NCBI RefSeq assembly: GCF_009914755.1 | Contig: NC_060935.1 | Direction: 5' to 3' (one strand) | Length of the DNA: 64,000 nt | Source of the DNA: the human T2T-CHM13v2.0 reference genome, Homo sapiens | Shown here: one piece after another, positions 52,703-64,000 of the stretch | How the letters are laid out: every line of letters begins with the position of its first letter | Position numbering within the stretch: the first letter of the stretch is position 1 | Notes under the pieces: generated by a model | Database searches by the model: none | What the model was told of the DNA's origin: nothing | Seen by the model: only the letters and a program-made list of their open reading frames with translations | Translations under genes and position numbers: made by a program

Positions 52703-52755
<53 letters not shown>
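52688..52755. repeat. (GATA)n tetranucleotide STR
   Basis: Read directly from sequence; one interruption (gatgatc). Confidence 0.96.
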
Positions 52756-52819
52756 GATAGAATTCTAATGCACAAAAGAAAATGCAATCAATTTGCTTCA
52801 TGTACTAAAAATATACTCA

Positions 52820-53380
52820 ATAACTGTGGAACCATGGGACTAAGACTCTAAACCTAGGGTTTGATTCCTTGGTTCTGTTTTATAAGCTGAGTGATGGTAA
52901 ATCATTTAACAACTGTTGGCTTAATCTTTCTGATATGGTTTGGATTTGCATCCCCATCCAAATCTCATGTCCAGTTGTAATTCCCAATTCTGGAAGAGGG
53001 GCCAGGTGGAAGGTGATTGGATCATGGGGGCAGATTTCCCCCTTGCTGTTCTCATAATACTGAGTGAATTCTCATGAGATATGCTTGTTTAAAAGTGTGT
53101 AGCACCTCCCCCTTCTCTCTCTTCCTCCTGCTCTGGCCATGTAAGACGTGCCTGCATCCCCTTTGCCTGCTGTAAGTTTCCTAAGGCCTCCCCAGCTGTG
53201 CTTCCTGTACAGCCTGTGGAACTGTGAATCAATTAAACCTCTTTTCTTTATAAATTACTCAGTCTTAGGTATTTCTTTATAGCAGTGTGCTTTCTCATCA
53301 TCAAAATGGAGATAATGATATCTACTCCAATATTGTTATAAAGATTACATATGAATATAAAATTTTAGAAATATAAACTA
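52820..53380 (+). mobile_element. MIR split by the MSTA LTR
   Basis: gggtttgattcc...aaatcatttaac before the LTR and tttctcatcatcaaaatggagataat after it. Confidence 0.7.
52931..53289 (+). mobile_element. MSTA-like MaLR solo LTR lacking its last ~16 nt
   Basis: tgatatggtttggat...ctttatagcagtgtg; TSD ctttc at 52926-52930 and 53290-53294. Confidence 0.9.
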
Positions 53381-54809
53381 CAATAAAATTATTCTAATAT
53401 TTTAAAACTCATTATATTTTATTGCCACCAGAATTTCATGATCTGAAAATTATTCACCTTGTGGTGTATTACAAAGCCACCACAAGGACCCTTTTTATTA
53501 CTATCTTCATTTCTCATAACACTCATCAGATTAACTGATTATCATCTCCAGCAACCACTGCTTTGAAAAATCAGATGTCATACCTTTCTAGCACACTGTA
53601 AGAATCTCATAATTAAACTTGTGCTTAAAGAAAATGTGTGCACTTAACAAACCTATGTTGAAGTGAATAAATTATGCATCTTTATGTCCACACCCTACTT
53701 TGAGAAAGGAACTTCGATTAGTCAGCCTTTTGGCTCTTATAGACTTGTTTAGAAATACAGAGGAAGGAGTTTCATTATTAAACTGTCCAAAATGTTCCAA
53801 ATAAAAAGCAGAGTGGTTAGAAAGTTGGAAGAAAGGCTGAAACACTGTCATTTTAACCCACTGTATGTAAGCTTGTCCAGGACACTGCTGAGATCACACC
53901 TGGTCGTGAGAACTCAGCAATAAAAGAAAAAATAAAAGACAGCATCTGGTTTCATGAGTCTAAAAACAGGAGAGATTTATAGGAAGAGGATCTATATATT
54001 TTTTACAACATCAAATCTGAGTAAACTGAGTTTCACTATATGTCTAACCCAATACTTTACTTTTCTGGGATTTTCAGAGTTGTGATAAGCATTGAGTGCA
54101 TATCAATCTGTTACCACTACATAATCTTTGAAGTTTATTTAACATGTGCCATATGATAATAGCTAACATTGTAGATACGTGGAATACTGCTAGGAACATG
54201 AGATTTTCAGACTTTGAACATGAAATATCCAATAGGTCAGACACTGTGCTATCAGAGAGTGTGCTTAGGCTTGACATCAAAATATATTCCAGGAAGGCAA
54301 TGCAGCCTCATATGCACAACACAATCAAGTGACACAAATTGAGATTTGTTGATAGATGTTTTATAATAGTTTTTACTCTTATCACAGTTCTCCAGTTAAC
54401 TTCATACTAGCAATAGGAAAGCAGTGTAAAATATAAGTGTTTACTTAAAACATCTCCTACATGATAGAAGTTAGGTCTGTGACTTTTGATGCTGGGGTTA
54501 AGAGAGAAATGCTCTTAATGCCAGCAAATGCTCATAACTGCATAAATCAAATGCTCATAACTGCAAAGCATATGCATAGATACACGTGTGGATAGGTGGC
54601 AAGAATAGTTTAAATTGTGCAGCATTAAAGAGAGGCCAATAAGAAGGCTAATTTAAAAATTGAAAATATTTGAAAGACAAATGGAAAGGAAAAGATGTTG
54701 CTGTATCTACAGAGAATTTCAAGTCACAGAGAAACAGCAAAATTTTGAATGGATATGAATTTCAAAATTTGTAAAAAATAAATGTTATAAGATACAGCAA
54801 AAGATAGAA

Positions 54810-55195
54810 ATCTTGTTTCATTTTTCTGCATATAGATATTCAGTTTTCCCAGCACTATTTTATGGTTCCATACAAATTTTAGGATTTTTTTTCTATTTCT
54901 GTGAAGAATGTCATTGGTATTTTGATAGGGATTCCACTGAGTCTGTAGATCACTTTGGGTAATATGAACATTTTAACGATACTAATTTTCCAATCTGTGG
55001 GCATGGGATATCTTTCCATTTTTGATGTGTGTCCTCTTCAATTGCTTTCATCAGTGTTTTATGGTTTTCATTTTACAGATATGTCAATTATTTGGTGATT
55101 CTATTCCTAGATATTTTTTGTAGCTATTGTAAGTGGAATTGCTTCCTGATTTTGTTTTTAGTTTGTTCACTGTTGGCTATATAAATGATATTGAA
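54810..55195 (-). mobile_element. L1MA/MB ORF2 fragment with an internal deletion near 54858
   Basis: ttctatttctgtgaagaatgtcattggtattttgatagggatt... antisense ORF2. Confidence 0.85.
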
Positions 55196-55379
55196 AATTT
55201 TACTGTCTAAAGTTAATTCAGAAATTAAGTGTTAAGCTTTATAAAGAAAGAAATCAAACAGTTCTTCTTAAAATATTTGCCTCTATGGGGTCAGACACAG
55301 TCATATGTATAACTTTTATACATATATGTAGAGAGAGAAAGTGAGCACTTATTTTCATATATATAGAGAGCATTATACA

Positions 55380-56520
55380 GATGATAGATAGCACTTATAT
55401 TGTCTGCATATGATTCTAGAGGATAAAGCAGTAAATAAAATAAAGCTAAAATTCTAGACTGGGAAACAGAGCCTGAAACAAGTGAGCAATTAAATATTTT
55501 TTTAATCTGGTAAAGGAAAATATTTGAAAGAAAATAAAATGGAATGCTATAATAGAATAATGGGGCTGCGAATTTGAAACGTATTATTCGGGAAATAGAG
55601 GAGGTCCCTGAGGAGGTGATATTTGAGGAAGATCAAAGGACCAATGTTGATGAGGTACAGAGAGTAAGTGAGTGGTCTAAGGTGACATTAAAGAAGTAAG
55701 GAGAGACTAGATCTCCCAGGCCCAGTGAAATTCTGGTAAGGGGTTGTTATGGATTGAACTATGTCCACTCTAATTCATAAGTGAAAGCCTTACCCCAGTG
55801 TAACTGTATTGGGAGATAGGGACTTTAAAGATGAAAAGTTAAATGAAGTCAGAAGCGTGGGGCCTTATAATCCAACATGACTGGTGTCACAACAAGAGGA
55901 AGAGACATCAGGGCACATGAGCACAGAAGGTTCCTGCAAGGACATAAGTGGGAAAGCTGTCATCTGCAAGCCAGAGGGAGACGACTTAGAAGAAACACAC
56001 CCTGCTGGTTCCTTGATTTTGAAAATCCAGGATCCAGAACAGTTAGAAATTAAAATTCTATTGCTTAAGCCCCCTAGTTTGTGGCATTTTGTTATGGTAG
56101 GCCTAGCAAACTAATGTAGATGTTTAGGTTTTGATTCTAATACATGACAAAAACGTTCAAGTGTTTTAGGCAGGCCTATGGAATGAGTTAACAGATACTT
56201 TAAATAAGATCACTTAAGGTACTCAAGTACAGAATGGAGTGCAGGGAAGAGGGAGACCTGTTAGAGGGTTGACATTATTAACGATATGAACAAGAATAGT
56301 GTGGTGCAGATAGAGAGAAGTGGATATATGAAAACCATATTTTGGAGGTGGAATTGATAGGCCTGCTGCTTAAGGGAGGGAAGGGATGAGAGAAAAGATA
56401 AATCAAGGATCATATTCTGGTTTGGGTTGGGCACCTGGGTGAATGATTGTGGGACTTGCTGAAATGAGGAGTAAGTGAAGAGAATGAGGGGTGTAAGAGT
56501 TCTGTTTGGGATATGTTAAC
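55380..56520 (-). mobile_element. L2 remnant interrupted by the MLT1 LTR
   Basis: ccctgaggaggtgatatttgag, gatagagagaagtggatatat...ttttggaggtggaattgatagg, aatcaaggat. Confidence 0.65.
55745..56118 (+). mobile_element. MLT1B-like MaLR solo LTR
   Basis: tgttatggattgaact...ctgcaagccagagggag...tttgttatggtaggcctagcaaactaat. Confidence 0.85.
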
Positions 56521-58721
56521 TAAAAGACCGATTCAAAATAGATTCTAAGAAAAGAGATGATAAAAATAAACCTGAAAGGAGATACTTATAAGGTAAGAAC
56601 AAAAAACCAAGGGAATCACTCATCGTATCTTTGTAAAATTGTGGTACTTTTTTCCATATAACATTAATTTTAAGTAGATTTCCGTTTAGTGCTGATGTTC
56701 ATCTAGAATCTATAAGAATTGGGGAAACAATTTACCCCAAAGCTTAGCTCTTATGAAAACAAAATAACCTATTTCTAAGCCACTTCTACTACAGAACAAC
56801 CAGGACATTTGACATAAATATAGTATATTAGAAGTACAAAGTGGAATACTTTACTTCTTTTAGGATGGCAATATTCATATTTTTAGGTCCTACCCATATA
56901 TTAGGTATGCAAATAAATTCTTGTTGATGACAATCTAAGTACATCTTTTAGATTTTGGACTAGGAAGATTTCCTAAAATATAAACACTTCTTGGCATAAA
57001 GTTTTCTTATTTGATATGTTGAGCAAAGTTTTATGAAGAGCAGTTTACAAATATTTTAAAATGACTCTGCCTATTTTCACTGAGTGCTTTTCATAATATT
57101 TTCACATTCAATGATTCCACTTCAATAACACACTTGACATTAAATGGTTGCATGGAACTGATGCATTTTAACATAACTTCTTATTCTAAGTGCTTTATTT
57201 TGTCAAGTTTATTTTCCCCTTATTAAAGTATTTTTCTTTCTGATTATATACTCATGGGAAAATACTAAGGAAATGCCTTTCTGTCAAGTGAACAATTTTG
57301 TATTTTCTAATCTCAAATTGCAGGGTTGTTTTCACTACTTCTTTCATTCTGGAAATACATTTTGCTAAATCTCACTAAGCCCACAATGATGTATAATTTC
57401 ATTTGCAAGACACAGGCCCCTAAAAGTTATAAACTAGGGAATGCAGAAGATGGAGTTTGATTCTTCTGATCTCGATGCATTTTATTAATTGTAATAGGAA
57501 TCCCATGTCCCAATGATTGTACAATTACGCCCTTACAAAGAAAATATAAATAGCTAGCCATGTAGAAGAAGAGAATTCACCTGGATGAATGATCTTTAAA
57601 AAAACTGTGTCATATGTGAACACATATGATACACAGTGAATATTTTAATTTTCCAACCCATATGTTCAGGAAGCAAATTATGGACCTCTTGAGTAAGCCA
57701 GTGTATTGGAAAGTTACATATAAAGTTGTTATTGAATTTAAACATTAGGATTATTTTTATTGCTGTTTTACCTTAAGTCCGTTTTACAAATGTGAATAAT
57801 GATAGGAATGAACCAGGAGTATCAAAAGTTGAAATAATATTTGTTTTACTTCATTAGTAGTAAATCTTTTTTTCAAGATTTGGAAGATAATATATTTTAT
57901 TATAATCTACAAATTTGGCTAATTTTTTAATCTCATTGAGGTTTTAAATTTAGCCCACAACATTTATGTTTTTTCTGACTCAGAGACAATCAACATATTG
58001 TATATATGTGTGTTTGTGTGTATATTTTACTATATGGATGTTGATTGTATTTAAGAATAAGTAAACATAACATGCATACTGCAATTTAGAAAGTAAGAAC
58101 AAATTCAAGAAGTAATCAGTTATCATTTTAACTTAGAACCTTTTGGGCAGTTTCCTCGAGGCAAGAAGTCTAATCTGTTTTTTTTTTTAATCCATCTGTT
58201 ACCAAATTCACATTTCTACACACTACAACTACCAGATAATAAGTCATCAGAATTTATTATGTGATCAGATTTACATAAATTTATTTATTTATGTGATCAT
58301 AAAATTAGTTTAACAGCAAACAATTGTTAGCAAACAGGTAAAAATTAATTTAGAAATATGTTGTCATAATTAAGTTAGATCTCCTAAATACTGGAAATTT
58401 ACAAAAAGATAAGCAATTGGAGACAATATAGAAAATTTAGGTAACATTGGCATATAGCTATATCAGTGAAAACATTATGTTGTATTAGTCTTTAGTCAAA
58501 ATTAGATCAACTTTTAAAGTCTGTTTTGTAACAATTGTAATATACTTATACTTGTAATAATCATTGTAAATAGTTTTCCATGTCATTAAACGTTGCTCTG
58601 TAATAAATATGTTGATTATAGTCTACTGCATTATATGAAAGGGTAAATTTTTAAATGGTACCCTAATGTTGGATAATGTAGATTTTATTTTTCAATCTTT
58701 AAATTTTGCTGCAATTAGTAG

Positions 58722-59058
<337 letters not shown>

Positions 59059-60288
59059 CATATTCAGATTTTTTGTCTCATGATTTATCTTAAAAAGTGG
59101 CCAGCCATGAATTGTCAAATAATTAAAATGTCTGAAATATTGTCAAAATCCCTTTAAGTAGTCTATCAATTTACAGTCTATTCTGTAATATACAGTAATG
59201 TCTATTTTTATTGTGCTGCATTTAATAAATTACACACTCAGGAAAACTATAATATAGACTAAAATTCATCCATAATGCATCATGTTCTTTTCTGTCAAAT
59301 CAGCATATTTTTGTAGTTTCATACAAATGAAGCTCATCATTTTCTCTTGTGTTTACATAATTAAACTATGGCATTTGAATAATGAGTACATATATAAATA
59401 TATAAATATATATAAATAATATTTTTAACTTATTTCTTCAACTTTAGTATCCTATTGGGTACAGTTTTGTGGTGGATACTGTGTTCTCAATTTTGTAATA
59501 CAGCAGGAGATACCAGATATTATGCTTAGCTTGAAGAAATCAATTTCTATTCTCTATGACTAATACTTTATCATCTTGTACATTTTTGGTTATTCTTGCT
59601 TTTGTTAGATATTCTGATTCTGTTTCTTAAATATTCACAGTAGGAAAGCTTACAGAGTTTGGTAATATACAAGATTTCAACCTAGAGTACAATATAACAT
59701 CAATATAAAATTAGCTACCTCTGATTTAGCAATTTCAAGATAATTTCAGTTTTCCTATTCATTTGTTGAGAAAGTTTAAACTTCAGCAATTACAGAAACA
59801 AAGTTTCTTTCTTTGTAGATTTGGTAGCTAAAATAATGTACAGCTAAGAAAAGGCTGCATTTGAAAATAATTCTATGCATTATCTTCCCCAGTCTCTGGA
59901 CCAATAAACACATTAATTTAACAGGTAGTCATTCATTTTATTGTGTTTTGTTTTGTTTTGTCTTTAAACTGAAATAGCCCACTTTACCCTTAGGCAGAAC
60001 AGTTAGAAATGTCTTTTTCTCTTTGTATCTAAATTTCCTTTTAACATATACTCATCAGATCATGCTATTTTTGCTTCCACATAAGAGGATGTCAGATAAA
60101 TGAAACTATTTTGTATCCCCCTTCAGCCTTTCTTTTCAGGCATAATATCTTCAAGTCTTCTTTGCTGCAAGGTGTGCCTCCTCAGTTATTTTATCGTATT
60201 ACCCTCTTTTGCAATATTGTATTAGCTCATTGAGGCCTCATTAATAGATACATAAGAATGAAATAACAGGAGATTAAGATGCAACTAA

Positions 60289-60620
<332 letters not shown>

Positions 60621-61756
60621 AGAAAGTTGTTTTAAAGTCAGAACTTGTCAATTCAAACTAGATTGTATCCAGTGGAGATCTGTCTGTAATAATCCTGAGT
60701 AAATGGTCAGGATTGCCTTCATTTTTAATTAATATGCTCCCTTATACCCAAATGGGTGGCTATGAAAAGGTTACAGAAATAGGAAGTAAAATATTTAGAA
60801 CATGCATAAATAAATAGAGAACCATTTACCTCATAAGAAACTGTTGCTTTATCAAAGAAGACAGATGATTCAACCAAGTCAGCAGAATTTTACCAATTGA
60901 TTCATTTATTAAATCACAGCATTTTGTCATCACCAAGGTGGGAAGTGTACACTTATGACATTGGGAGACACAACCTATGAATGTAAGAAGTTTCCAATTC
61001 ACATTTCTTGTAAAAGAAGGGTAGTTTTATTGGTAGTCTTTCTTATTTCATTTAGCCTTTAACCATGATGCCAGACAACACTTCCTTAAATACTACCTCA
61101 CCCACTGGATTTCTTTTCTAAAAGCACATAACGGCCAATTGTTCACCATTTATTGGTGAGTTACATCTGAAATACCTCAGTTTAGTGCTTTATGGTCTAA
61201 ATCAGTTCTTGCTTTCTACTCAACCAAAGTTATTAGTGCTTGATATCATTGCTACTAGGAAAGCCTTACTTAGAATCCATGCCCTTCCTTGAATGCCAGA
61301 GCAGTGTCTACAAGCAAGAAGCCGGTACAGACTATAGAAAATTGTAACTGTTGGCAGCAAGATTCCCACTGGCATCTTGACTATAGCAAGTGAGTATCTC
61401 GAGCCCAATTTACATTTTTTCAACTGTACTTTCTTACCTGTTGCATCATTCATTCCCAGCTCAGAGTCATCTCATCTATGTAATGACCTCAAATCAGTTT
61501 CGAGTATGGAAGAAATGCCAAGACAGGTGAAAAAAGTGAGACTTCAAATGTAATTTTTATTTTTAATTAAAAAGTTTTTGCTCTCACAGTCATACTAGGT
61601 CAAACTTTGTGGTAATCAGCATATTTTTATATTCCTGCACTGTATGTAGAAGCTGTAAATATTTTCCAGTTGATCTTGAATACTTCTAAGAGCTTGACAC
61701 CAAGGATCACAAAATTACCATAAATTGCAACAATCCCACTACTATCTAAGTATACC

Positions 61757-61760
<4 letters not shown>

Positions 61761-61805
<45 letters not shown>
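61761..61805. repeat. (CA)22 microsatellite
   Basis: Read directly from sequence. Confidence 0.97.
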
Positions 61806-61809
<4 letters not shown>

Positions 61810-62545
61810 CTATGTTGCCAGATTCCATAGTATGGCCTTCCTGTTACCTTCTACTTGAAACTTCAGAATCATCACTGAGTTACCCTCTTCTCCCTCAGAT
61901 ACCAGTAACTTACCAAAGCAAGTTGGATCTGCCTCCTTAACCTGTTCAATGCTTATTTATAGGATTTATTTAATATTTGAACTTATATTCCTTAAATGTG
62001 CAAAGTGCTACACAAATTACATATATATATATGAATCACTGACTATTACTTTGTCTATTTAAGACTGATTTCCCATTCATAATGATTAACTCTATAGTAG
62101 GTTTGCACTTCAGCAGTGTAGTTGGCAAAATACAATATACATATATATTAACCTTAGGATCAAAAACTATTTATTTTGAACCTAGAAGCCCTTGCTCCAT
62201 TCAGACTCAAGGAATTCAAATTTAGCAGATTACTGAAGTATAATAATTCTGTCCATGACTTTAATAAAGTTATTTATTTGCCTTATTCTAACAAAATTTA
62301 CTAAATTTCTGTTGAAGTAAAGTTTATATTTTCCAAAGGAGGCTGAGAATAATCAAGGTCAATTTAATGCATAAATGTTAACTTGCGCTACAGTTAAAAT
62401 GTATTGTGCTAAAAAACTGCTTAATAAGTGAATTCTCTCAAGTTCTTTATATATGAATCCTTTTTATATTTATATATTTATAAATTGCAAACACAACCTA
62501 GAATTAAAGAGAAAGCAATTTGACAATCTCAATTTTTCGAAATAA

Positions 62546-63854
<1,309 letters not shown>

Positions 63855-64000
63855 GCCAGATAATTAAAACGTTGTATAGAATACTGCTTTTCCTGATAGA
63901 ATTAAATATAAAAACAAAGCAATCACATATTTTTGGTCAACCTATCGTTGATTTAGAACAATCCTGATATTCGATGCCTATGTTCTCTCTTTCTTTCCCT

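Overview
AT-rich, repeat-dense hominine (most likely human) genomic DNA with no recognisable protein-coding exon, RNA gene or CRISPR array. The long ORFs in the track are LINE-1 ORF1/ORF2 remnants or chance frames in Alu, SVA, THE1 and low-complexity DNA. The window holds four primate L1PA copies, a full-length SVA_D-like element with a perfect 14-bp TSD, an LTR-int-LTR THE1A-like provirus, several solo LTRs, four Alus, hAT/Tigger DNA-transposon relics, old L1M/L2/MIR debris and several microsatellites. Two of the L1PA copies are classic twin-priming 5'-inversions with TSDs. I found no new protein-coding system; the notable signals are mechanistic scars. (1) An L1PA4-like copy at 39.7-41.0 kb has its poly(A) tail joined to an inverted piece of its own internally deleted ORF2 rather than to the genome, and has no TSD. 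(2) An 84-bp segment from 10.0 kb is copied into a chain of nested AT-rich palindromes at 11.4-11.7 kb. (3) There are further fold-back expansions, templated junction filler, an AluY and an L1 lacking TSDs (possible deletions), a (GATA)n array grown from an LTR TSD, and a few candidate regulatory motif clusters. Subfamily names are by-eye assignments from remembered consensus diagnostics and need RepeatMasker/Dfam confirmation.
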